This document shows positions 8,928-17,553 of a stretch of 32,000 nucleotides of DNA, piece after piece. Each line of letters opens with the position of its first letter. Position 1 is the first letter of the stretch. Where the stretch lies: the NCBI GenBank assembly GCA_043803945.1, contig JAZDJN010000062.1, positions 1 to 32,000 on the forward strand. Reading direction: 5' to 3'. The notes beneath the pieces are model-generated. The model was given only the letters and a program-made list of their open reading frames with translations. It was not told where the DNA came from and searched no databases. A program made the position numbers and the translations under genes. This stretch comes from a bacterium. Its GTDB lineage: Bacteria > Bacteroidota > Ignavibacteria > UBA10030.

Positions 8928-9986
8928 TTATACTTGTCTTTCATAGTCGTATGCCAAAAGCATTTCCTTCAATTTGTTCTCTGCGTCATCCAATGCATTT
9001 GCCGTTCCATGCACACCTTGGATATATCCGTCACAAGGAAGAGCTATGAACAAATCCGTTCCAACTGTATCGTCAATAATAGGAATTGCATGTGGTTTCT
9101 CTGTTTCCTCTGAAAGTTTAGCACGTATTGCGCTTGCTACTTTGTTTGCGTTGTCGCTGATAGCAATAGCAAGCGTTTCCATTAGACTAAACGTGCGTGA
9201 TTGATTACTGGTAATTCTCCAATTAAGAATGCCTTTGGCAAGAGCATTAATAATTTCATTTCTTTTCTTTTTGGGACATATCAGACAACTACCGAAAGCA
9301 TTCTTAGATTCTTTCCAACCATTATCTCGGAGTTCTTTTCCAATATCATCCGTTATTTCACGTTCGTGTTTATTCAATGACACAGAAAAGAGCGTACGTA
9401 TATCTATTGCAATGTCGTACACAAATAGTCCTGCAGCTCTTGTGTTATCTTGAATAAAATTCCTGCGTGTAAGAGATATTTTTTTGTCTTCAAGAAATTT
9501 ATTGATCTCTACTTCTGACAGTTCTTTTCCGTTTGCATCACGCACTTTTACGGGATGAATATCGGGATTGCTGCTGCGATCAAATGTTAAATTCTCTCTT
9601 GCGACACTGCATAAAAGAGGATGTAATGCACGCATAGCGGAGATAGATAATGGGCTTCGTCTCTTAACTGGTGTTTCTCCAGCTTGAGCTCTCATCCAAC
9701 CTCCAAGCAATTGGTCTGTATATTTAGGATCACAAGGTGACCAAGGTTCTCCCTCACCCAAGCCGCCTTTTTCTTTTATTATTTTATTGAAAGTTATCGG
9801 TGCTTGTTGCTCTCCTAACAATTCCAAGATAGAATCTAATGCTGAACGCTTAACTTGTTGACCACTTGAATAAGGAACATACTTCCCAAATTGACTATCA
9901 TAGTATGTCTTTTGTCCTTCTTGGACACAAAACACTGTATGTTCGGCATGTCGAAGCCCGCGAAGATAAATAAATGGTGATCCCAT
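8928..9986 (-). CDS. cas7: Cas7 backbone subunit (Cst2/DevR/Csh2-like RAMP)
   Basis: 352 aa. VPYSSGQQVKRSALDSI resembles the conserved (V/I)SxQxxKRxxR segment of type I Cas7 proteins. It sits directly downstream of the large subunit. An AAGGAG Shine-Dalgarno lies about 7 nt upstream of the ATG. Confidence 0.8.
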   Translation of the reverse strand: MGSPFIYLRGLRHAEHTVFCVQEGQKTYYDSQFGKYVPYSSGQQVKRSALDSILELLGEQQAPITFNKIIKEKGGLGEGEPWSPCDPKYTDQLLGGWMRAQAGETPVKRRSPLSISAMRALHPLLCSVARENLTFDRSSNPDIHPVKVRDANGKELSEVEINKFLEDKKISLTRRNFIQDNTRAAGLFVYDIAIDIRTLFSVSLNKHEREITDDIGKELRDNGWKESKNAFGSCLICPKKKRNEIINALAKGILNWRITSNQSRTFSLMETLAIAISDNANKVASAIRAKLSEETEKPHAIPIIDDTVGTDLFIALPCDGYIQGVHGTANALDDAENKLKEMLLAYDYERQV

Positions 9987-10019
9987 GTTGGTTCTCCTTA
10001 TTTAAAGTTGTTTTTACTA

Positions 10020-11366
10020 TCAATTGGGTAATGCATATTTGAAACGCATCAGCGTTACAAAAAGCGGCACATTATCGACTGCAATATTCTCCATTAACTC
10101 ATGAACAAGAGTATTACATACTTCCCCCATCGTTGTTGGCTCTTCTTCCACAAGTTGAGTAAGCCGATCAATCAACTCTTTGCGATTTCGGGAAGACAAT
10201 AGCTCTTTTATTTCGTTATCACGCTTCACAGTTCCCTTCCTTCCTCCTTTTTCATACTTTCGAAACGCTTGAGCGGCTTTTTCTGCTAAACCAAGAAGAT
10301 TTTTGTTATTTAACATAGCGATCACCCATGTAATGTAAATTGAATAGTTAATTTTAGATTTTTCATCATCCTTAAGTTTTGGCATCTCATTTGAACTGGA
10401 TCTACCAGGCATATATTTCCACAAATCTTTTGGTTCTATAGCTTTTAAACCAATTGTTCCTTGTTCGCATGCACGTGAAAAAGGATATTGAGTTTCATAC
10501 AAAGCAACCATTTGCTTTATGCCCACAGAATCACTCTTTTTAAATATTTTATCATAGAATTCCCAAAACTTATTTACCTCCGGTAAATTAAGATTAATAA
10601 AACCAAGGGTTACGTATTTCTGTTTATCATATATATATCTCGAACTAAAAATAGTAACGTTCTCTTTCGGAAATATGCTCGACAATAAAAACAACATCTT
10701 AATCCAGCTCTGCTGTTTTAGAGCATAGTTAGCTTTTCGTTTTTCGCTGGTTTCTTTTTCTACATATTCATCCAAGAGAAATTTCTTAACTATTTTGTCT
10801 TTATTAAAAGTATGGTCAAGCCAAACACTATTCCATAGATCAATCTCATTTGGTTTTAAATCCAGCACTTTTGAGTTCAAATGTTTTCGATATTCAGACC
10901 AACCTGAATAAATCGTCCAAAGCAACTTTTCATTGTTCATATACCATACTTGTTTCCCCTCTACTTCTATCCCAAAGCCAGCCCCAATCCATGAAGAATA
11001 TATACTTTCTTTGTCCATAGGAAGAGTTAAAGATGATACTTGTCCTGAAGTATCAAAAAGGTCATTAGCAGCCGGGAACCCTATTGCAAAGCTACTATCT
11101 GGAACATCTTCTTCGATTTTTTTATTTAATTTTTCAAGTTTACGTTTTTGCTCATCTTCAAATGTTTTTATTCCCTTTCTTTCTTTAGCAGGAAGTTTCT
11201 GAACAAAAGGAGAGTTAACAATCCATTTAAAATACTTCTTATGGTTATAGAATTCTTCAAAAACTTCTTTTTTAAAGAATAATTCTGCAGATAATCTTTT
11301 ATTTTTCTTTTTATTATATATTTCTAAAAATCGCTGCCCAATAAACGATATGTACATAGCTTTCAC
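10020..11366 (-). CDS. cas8: Candidate Cascade large subunit (Cas8-like), highly divergent
   Basis: 448 aa, Lys-rich and more AT-rich than its neighbours, with no motif I can name. The call rests on position (between cas3 and cas7), size, and a helical C-terminal roughly 100 aa. The track start at 11366 is GTG, 3 nt after the cas3 stop. The ATG at 11357, preceded by AAGGTGA, is a likelier start. Confidence 0.5.
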   Translation of the reverse strand: MKAMYISFIGQRFLEIYNKKKNKRLSAELFFKKEVFEEFYNHKKYFKWIVNSPFVQKLPAKERKGIKTFEDEQKRKLEKLNKKIEEDVPDSSFAIGFPAANDLFDTSGQVSSLTLPMDKESIYSSWIGAGFGIEVEGKQVWYMNNEKLLWTIYSGWSEYRKHLNSKVLDLKPNEIDLWNSVWLDHTFNKDKIVKKFLLDEYVEKETSEKRKANYALKQQSWIKMLFLLSSIFPKENVTIFSSRYIYDKQKYVTLGFINLNLPEVNKFWEFYDKIFKKSDSVGIKQMVALYETQYPFSRACEQGTIGLKAIEPKDLWKYMPGRSSSNEMPKLKDDEKSKINYSIYITWVIAMLNNKNLLGLAEKAAQAFRKYEKGGRKGTVKRDNEIKELLSSRNRKELIDRLTQLVEEEPTTMGEVCNTLVHELMENIAVDNVPLFVTLMRFKYALPN

Positions 11367-11369
11367 CTT

Positions 11370-13505
11370 TTAGATTACAGTATCAATTTCTTTCCATTCT
11401 AAACCTACCGACGGACTATACAATTCGTCATGGACAATAATTGGGGACGTTCCATATTTTGAATATCCATAATTTGTGAACTTACGGAACCTTGCCGTTC
11501 GTGGAATCGGTATTTCCAGACTGATTCGTTGTTCGCTGTTTCCCTTTTCATATTGCTCTAAATCTGAATATCGAATCGCTGTTGCTGATTCAATGTTCAA
11601 TGCTTCCATTAGAACAGAAGAGGGGAAATGGCAAAGTTCCGTTAAAAGAAACTCATCCCTTTCCCATACTAAATGAGTATTAATGGAAATCTCTTTGAGA
11701 GTTGGAAACACTTCATCAATTATCTTTTGCAAATCACGCTCGTGTAATACTTCGTTATCCGGTAACTGCGCAAAACTTCGTTCTAGCAACTCTTGTGCAT
11801 AGGGCAAACATGCTTTGCTCTCATCAGGCGGTTCGATAACATATACTGGCTTTAATATCCTGTTCCGAACACTCTCCTCGGTTCTACGCCTGTTGATGCG
11901 TCCGAACCGTTGAATGAGACTGTCAAACGGAGCACACTCGGTTATCATCACATCAAAGCTAATGTCCAAGCTTACTTCCACTACTTGCGTTGAAACGACA
12001 ATGCAGGCTTTTGAAGAGCAATCGAATTTTTCCCGAAGTTCTTTTTCTAATTCTGCCCTATCCTGCCGTCGGAATCGGCTATGAAGAAGCATTTGCGGCA
12101 TATCGGGGAAAAGTTCACAGCATTCCTTGAAGCGTTTCTGTGCGGCATCTACTCTATTGCACACGATGAGGACTTTTTTGTTCTCTTGTAGAGCTTGTAG
12201 AATAATGCTCCGTGTTTCATCAAATGAAGAAATCTTATGAACAATGTGTCTATCGAACGTAACAAGCGTATTTTGAGGCAATGACACGGTGTATGTTTGT
12301 TTCTTCCCTCCAAGAAGTTTTAATATTTTCTTTTGCAACACCAACGGCATTGTTGCACTGCCGACATGAACTCGGCAACGCAGTTTTAACAACGCTTTGA
12401 TGATTTCTAAAACCATAGACTGCGCGATCTCGGAGTACGAATGAATTTCATCCAGGATGACATCATTCCCCATAATATCAACAGCAAGCGCTTCGAAACC
12501 ACGCGTTCCACAAATCAATGATGCCAATTGATGAGGTGTTAAGACTTTAATGGCGGCACCGACTTTATCTTGTAAAACTTTTTCTTCATACGATTCGCTT
12601 CCTTTCACTACCAATCTTGACGATGCATGAAGCACTCGTATTTCAGCTTGATTCGGAAGCTGCTGCCGAAATCGTTCGTACATAGCATTGATGGACGCTT
12701 GAAAAGGTAATGTATAAAAGACCCTGCTACTGCAACGGCGCATAAGAAAATCTGTTTTCCCCGATCCCGTTGGTGCAACAACAAGAGTATGCGGTATCTT
12801 ATCGTCGGCAGAAAGAAGGGATAAAGGAAATAGAGTATTCGACCGATTATCAAATGCTGAGAGATCGGGAGTTTGGAATATCGTTGAAATACGGACATTT
12901 GTTTTTTCGTTCAATGCAGAGGCAAAATGGTCTGCCCCAACAAGCACGCCTTTCCATTTCGACCAACCAAGTGATTTTTTTGAGCAATATTCAATAGTAT
13001 ACCGATATGCCCTCAATGCTTCATCTTTCGAAATGCTTCGCGTAGAAATACCAACATCGGACAGAATAGCAAGAGCTACAGACGACCATTCTTCCCAAGG
13101 ATCAACATGCCGTTCAAATATCTCATCGCTTCCTTCTATATTTTCTAAATCCAAGATTCCCTGTTCACGCGCATCCTGGCGAATGGAACGATGATGAGCA
13201 ACGATCATATCAACAAGTGCATTCCAATCTTTTTGCGGGAATAATGGAAGGAATAAAAGTGATGCAATTTCATGCCGGAAAGTAATGCCAAAATTATCGT
13301 TCCTATTATTTTTCAACTTTCGCTGGAAATCCGGATGCGACTTGCCAACATCATGCAAAAGCCCTCCGAGCCGTGCAAGCCTTTTATCCAATCCTGCCGA
13401 TTCGGCAACTCTTTCTGCTACAGAAGCAACATGACGTAAATGATCGGTTAAAAGTGTTCCACCATTGTTCACACTCTTAGCGTATATGTCTTGAAGCGGA
13501 TTCAT
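11370..13505 (-). CDS. cas3: Cas3 HD nuclease-helicase fusion
   Basis: 711 aa. The N-terminal HD domain has HLRHV, LLHDVGK, FRHEIAS and VAHHR. The SF2 helicase has motif I APTGSGKTD, motif II DEIHSY and motif VI-like QRFGRINRR. Confidence 0.97.
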   Translation of the reverse strand: MNPLQDIYAKSVNNGGTLLTDHLRHVASVAERVAESAGLDKRLARLGGLLHDVGKSHPDFQRKLKNNRNDNFGITFRHEIASLLFLPLFPQKDWNALVDMIVAHHRSIRQDAREQGILDLENIEGSDEIFERHVDPWEEWSSVALAILSDVGISTRSISKDEALRAYRYTIEYCSKKSLGWSKWKGVLVGADHFASALNEKTNVRISTIFQTPDLSAFDNRSNTLFPLSLLSADDKIPHTLVVAPTGSGKTDFLMRRCSSRVFYTLPFQASINAMYERFRQQLPNQAEIRVLHASSRLVVKGSESYEEKVLQDKVGAAIKVLTPHQLASLICGTRGFEALAVDIMGNDVILDEIHSYSEIAQSMVLEIIKALLKLRCRVHVGSATMPLVLQKKILKLLGGKKQTYTVSLPQNTLVTFDRHIVHKISSFDETRSIILQALQENKKVLIVCNRVDAAQKRFKECCELFPDMPQMLLHSRFRRQDRAELEKELREKFDCSSKACIVVSTQVVEVSLDISFDVMITECAPFDSLIQRFGRINRRRTEESVRNRILKPVYVIEPPDESKACLPYAQELLERSFAQLPDNEVLHERDLQKIIDEVFPTLKEISINTHLVWERDEFLLTELCHFPSSVLMEALNIESATAIRYSDLEQYEKGNSEQRISLEIPIPRTARFRKFTNYGYSKYGTSPIIVHDELYSPSVGLEWKEIDTVI

Positions 13506-14125
13506 CGAGTAGATATCTGTGATGCTAATGGGTTATTACCAACAATATGAAGCCATCCATACATCGGTTTGCTGTTATCGAAACGATTAAAGCCGACAAT
13601 GAAGGATTGCTTAGTTTTTCCAAAGCGTAATTCAAAGCCGTTAAAACCATTATCCGGTTCGTCAAATTTTTCTTCGTTTATTTTTAAGATGTGTTCGTTT
13701 GTCGGAAATTCGGCAGGCAACAGAACATCTTCATTGCGGCACAAACAAATGTGCTGCTGTATTGCCCGTTCGGCAAATTCAAGTTTGGATAAAGCTATGT
13801 AAAGAATCGGATTCAGCAGAACACCACGTATTAAAATTGACCGTGGCCTATCTATAACAACAATATTCTCTTTCTTTTTAACGGTAATATTTATACCACG
13901 CGGCTGTGTTTGTTCTTGTTGTTTTGATAGTCCGATATAAGTCAAACGATGTCGCACAATTCTTGGATCGTATTTTTTTTGTTCCAGCAATTCTGGGAAC
14001 AGTTTCTTTTCTATTCCTTCAATTATCGAAGGTGTTAGAAAGTTTTGGCTATAGGTTTCACTATCCCTCACAGCTGTCCAAGGTTTAATGAAACCGAATG
14101 GTCCTGAATACTTCACGATATACAT
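13502..14125 (-). CDS. cas5: Cas5 RAMP subunit
   Basis: 207 aa. The N-terminal GPFGFIKPW...TYSQNFLTPSIIEGI matches the Cas5 signature (F..P....sY..PtpSai.G). Its stop overlaps the cas3 start (ATGA). An AAGGAGA Shine-Dalgarno lies upstream. Confidence 0.8.
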   Translation of the reverse strand: MYIVKYSGPFGFIKPWTAVRDSETYSQNFLTPSIIEGIEKKLFPELLEQKKYDPRIVRHRLTYIGLSKQQEQTQPRGINITVKKKENIVVIDRPRSILIRGVLLNPILYIALSKLEFAERAIQQHICLCRNEDVLLPAEFPTNEHILKINEEKFDEPDNGFNGFELRFGKTKQSFIVGFNRFDNSKPMYGWLHIVGNNPLASQISTR

Positions 14126-14149
14126 TTTTCGTCTCCTTCTGGCATGGGC

Positions 14150-14195
14150 GAAGGTTACCTTCCACTATGTTAAGCTATGCGAGAAGGTAACCTTC
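14150..14195. repeat. REP-A doublet between cas6 and cas5
   Basis: GAAGGTTACCTTC (14150-14162) and GAAGGTAACCTTC (14183-14195) are separated by 20 nt. The arms are identical to those at 8853-8897, in the same relative order. Confidence 0.85.
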
Positions 14196-14203
14196 TGGCA
14201 AAT

Positions 14204-14860
14204 TTAGCAGAGCGCTCCAAAACCGCTTCCTGTTGAATGTCCGACTCCAACTTCCCAAGCAAATGCGACCGCCTCTGGTGTTCCTTCTATCATTACCGGG
14301 CAAACACTTGCTCTATTTTGAATACCTTTAATTGTGACAAGCCGTGTTTTACACTTTTCGTATGTCCTGTCAAAGAATACTTTTATCCCTTTGTTAACTA
14401 TTCCAGCTTTTTCCAATTTTGTTTTGAGCGTTGCCGTCAACACATCATCAACTCCAGAATCAGAAAACAGTAGATGCTTTATTCCTTGACCATCATATTT
14501 TTTTACAAGAACAGGTGTTGCGGTTAAAAATCTTTGATGTTCGCTGAATTTTGGTGTACCTACCATTTGTACATCGGTAATCCTCATACCGCAACAAACG
14601 TTTGGTTCCGAAAGAAGACCACTCATAACTTTTTTTGCCAGAGCCTCATTCCAGCAACTGATGAACCACTTTGCTCCTTTAGGAAAATTCAGCATGTCTT
14701 TTTCTTTTTTCCCTCCCGATAACCAGCTTAGAGAATAAAGACTGATGTCGTCATGTATTTCATTCGGACCAAGCCATTTATGAAATGCACCGATCAAAAA
14801 ATGCTGGTACTCAAAAGGTACAGGTTCAATATTCGGTGTTAAATTAAAATAGAGTCGCAT
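14204..14860 (-). CDS. cas6: Cas6 pre-crRNA endoribonuclease
   Basis: 218 aa. The C-terminal glycine-rich loop GVGHSTGSGFGAL is typical of Cas6. It is the first gene of the operon, with an AGGAGAA Shine-Dalgarno upstream. Confidence 0.85.
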   Translation of the reverse strand: MRLYFNLTPNIEPVPFEYQHFLIGAFHKWLGPNEIHDDISLYSLSWLSGGKKEKDMLNFPKGAKWFISCWNEALAKKVMSGLLSEPNVCCGMRITDVQMVGTPKFSEHQRFLTATPVLVKKYDGQGIKHLLFSDSGVDDVLTATLKTKLEKAGIVNKGIKVFFDRTYEKCKTRLVTIKGIQNRASVCPVMIEGTPEAVAFAWEVGVGHSTGSGFGALC

Positions 14861-15533
14861 CTTTGTTTTCTCCTAGTATCTCGTTATGAGCCAAGTTGTA
14901 AGCATTATCGTCTCTCGAATAATTTTCATCGCCAGATCATATACATCATTGAAATCCAAACTACTAATCAATAAAAAACCACTCTCAATACCTACCGGCA
15001 TATCAAGTGGTCATTTATTTGTGCATTTAATCACGCGTCCTCCCGAATGAAGAAGTATTCGGTTCTGTCGGCATCGAAATGTATGTAATTTTCGATCTAT
15101 CTTCAACGCTTTAACCATACCACACTTTTGTCACTCTTCTGTGACTCTTTTTGATAGATTTGCCACTTTGTTCCCAAAGTAAGTCGGTAAAAATTTACCC
15201 AATAATTATTCCGACACCACCCTTTCGACACCGCTTTACATCGAAGTAGAAATATCCACGAACCTCTATCTACCGATGATTCTAACGAGGCTCAAGGGCG
15301 TTATCGGTAAACAACCTACCATCGGACCAGGCGGTCACCATGAGTATACCAGCTATTGTATTCTGGAAACAATGGATGGCGAGATGGAAGGGACATATAT
15401 TATGCAACGCACCGAAGACAACCTCTTTACTGTGAGAATCCCAAAATTCCTCCTCAGAGCACACGCCAACTGATTGACAAGCTTTTGCTCTCCCTCTTCA
15501 CCTGCCTTCGCACTTCGTGCTCCGGCAGGCAGG

Positions 15534-15631
15534 CTCTTCATGCTTTACTCTTCACTATTTCACATTTACAATTCCCCATTTACAATTCTTCTTTTCCTTT
15601 TCAATATTTCCTTTTTCGTCGTACCTTATCC
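15534..15631. repeat. Pyrimidine-rich degenerate heptamer array (about 12-14 units), without an adjacent partner arm
   Basis: CTCTTCA TGCTTTA CTCTTCA CTATTTC ACATTTA CAATTCC CCATTTA CAATTCT TCTTTTC CTTTTCA ATATTTC CTTTTTC ... in 7-nt register. The reverse complement (GGAATTG TAAATG ...) resembles the words of the purine-rich array at 17554-17651. Confidence 0.7.
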
Positions 15632-15637
15632 TCCGCA

Positions 15638-16146
15638 ATGAAGCTCTTCTCTCAACACTATGGCGATGGGCCTCCACTGATAATCCTCCATGGATTGTTT
15701 GACTCCTCAGATAATTGGCACACACTCGCACGACGATTCAGCCAGAACTTTCGGGTCTTCACACTCGATCTGCGCAACCATGGCAGGTCTCCTCATTCAG
15801 AAGATATTAATTATGATCTGATGCGAAATGATATTCTTGAGTTTATGGAAGAACAGAGCCTGTCATTGATTCATCTCATGGGACACTCAATTGGAAGATG
15901 AATCTTGATGCCATTTTTCAGAACTATCCTTCGATTAATCGTTCCATTTCAGCTCCGACACCGTTCCCAAAACCAGTATTGTTCATTCGGGGCGGAGAAT
16001 CTGGATATATACTCGATTCCGATCTTGAATCTATCAGGACACTATTCCCGCAAGCCAATGTATTGACGATTCCGAAGGCCGGCCATTGGGTTCACGCCGA
16101 CGCACCGGACGAATTGTATCGCTCAGTACTCCAATTTCTCCTCTAA
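15638..16146 (+). pseudogene. Alpha/beta hydrolase (YbfF-like esterase) with an internal out-of-frame deletion
   Basis: The N-terminal piece 15638-15901 (LIILHGLFDSSDNWHTLA...LDLRNHGRS...MGHSIGR-stop) stops right after the nucleophile elbow GHSxG. The C-terminal piece 15898-16146 (PVLFIRGGESGYI...AGHWVHADAP) is in another frame. Together they give about 170 aa against about 255 aa expected, so roughly 85 central residues are missing. Confidence 0.75.
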
Positions 16147-16290
16147 ACTGTTCATTCCTCAAATTCCATAGATTTCTGTGGTAAGTTTCTTTGTGGAATT
16201 TTCTCTTTCAATTTTCACCTTTTTCACGTTTATTAGCCGACAAGAGATTTGTAATAACCAGCATCCCCTTCACACAATGGGAGCATCGCC

Positions 16291-17541
16291 ATGAACAATA
16301 TACTACTCGAACGCTTTTTACGTTATGTACAGATTGACACTCAATCGCAGGAGGACTCTGAAGCTTACCCCAGCACAAGTAAACAATTCGATCTGCTGAA
16401 CCTCCTTGTAAAGGAGCTCCAGGAACTCGGGTTGAGCGATGTTTCCATCGACAAGTATGGTTATGTGATGGCAACCATTCCGAGCAACCTCTCCTCTTCC
16501 CATCCGGCGTACGGCAAAGTCCCTGCAGTCGGTTTCATTGCCCACGTCGATACATCACCCTCGACATCAGGTACAAATGTGAAGCCGCAGGTTATCGAGA
16601 AGTACGCGGGCGGCGATCTCGTGCTTCCGGCCGATCCTGCTGTAATCATTAAGGAAATAGAAAACCCCGAACTAAAAAAATGTATTGGCGGCACAATCAT
16701 TACCGCCGATGGGACGACTCTCCTCGGAGCGGATAACAAAGCGGGTATCGCTATCATTATGACGGCAGCACAGACTTTGCTGCAAAATCCCTCCATCCTT
16801 CACGGCGATGTGAAAATTGGATTTACACCCGATGAAGAAGTTGGCGCCGGTACAAAATATTTTGATCTCAAAAAGTTCGGTGCACAGTTTGCCTACACGG
16901 TCGATGGCGACGCGGCCGGTGAGTTGAATAAAGAAACGTTCAGTGCTAATTCAGCCATCATCACCATCCATGGCCGGAACATCCACCCGGGAACGGCAAA
17001 AGGAATTATGGTCAACTCCATCCGAACGCTTGCCGACATCATTGTCCGGCTGCCAAAAGACATGGCGCCAGAGACTACCGAGGGGTATGAGCCTTACATC
17101 CATCCCCATGCCATCAACGGAGAAGAAGCCAAATCGACGATGAAAATGCTGTTGAGGGATTTTCGAACTGAAGGACTTGACGAACTGAAGAAACGGTTGG
17201 AAGACATTATTGCCGAAGTTCAGCCGCTGCATCCGAAAGCAACAATCGAATTGCAGATTATTGAATCCTATCGCAATATGAAAGATGGACTCGACAAGGA
17301 TCAGCGCGTACTCGATTGTTTATGGGAAGCGACAAAGAGGAGTGGATTGGAACCAGAATGGGTACCGATCCGGGGCGGTACCGATGGTTCCCGCTTGACC
17401 GCCATGGGGCTGCCAACACCAAATATTTTTACCGGTGCAAAGAACTTCCACGGAAAAACCGAATGGGCCTCATTGGAGGGGATGATGAAATCTGTCGAAA
17501 CGGTTGTGAACCTGGCACAGGTTTGGGTGGAACGCAGTTGA
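16291..17541 (+). CDS. pepT: Peptidase T (tripeptide aminopeptidase, M20B)
   Basis: 416 aa. LLERFLRYVQIDTQS, FIAHVDTSP, LLGADNKAGIA and FTPDEEVG match the PepT pattern. Confidence 0.9.
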   Translation: MNNILLERFLRYVQIDTQSQEDSEAYPSTSKQFDLLNLLVKELQELGLSDVSIDKYGYVMATIPSNLSSSHPAYGKVPAVGFIAHVDTSPSTSGTNVKPQVIEKYAGGDLVLPADPAVIIKEIENPELKKCIGGTIITADGTTLLGADNKAGIAIIMTAAQTLLQNPSILHGDVKIGFTPDEEVGAGTKYFDLKKFGAQFAYTVDGDAAGELNKETFSANSAIITIHGRNIHPGTAKGIMVNSIRTLADIIVRLPKDMAPETTEGYEPYIHPHAINGEEAKSTMKMLLRDFRTEGLDELKKRLEDIIAEVQPLHPKATIELQIIESYRNMKDGLDKDQRVLDCLWEATKRSGLEPEWVPIRGGTDGSRLTAMGLPTPNIFTGAKNFHGKTEWASLEGMMKSVETVVNLAQVWVERS

Positions 17542-17553
17542 AAATGCGGAATT

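Noticed and set aside
15276-15473. 65-aa ORF (…GPGGHHEYTSYCILETMDGEMEGTYIMQRTEDNLFTVRIPKF…) that might be a remnant of a beta-rich domain
   Set aside because: I cannot recognise a family, it has no Shine-Dalgarno, and overlapping ORFs of equal length exist on the other strand. I left it unannotated; blastx would settle it.
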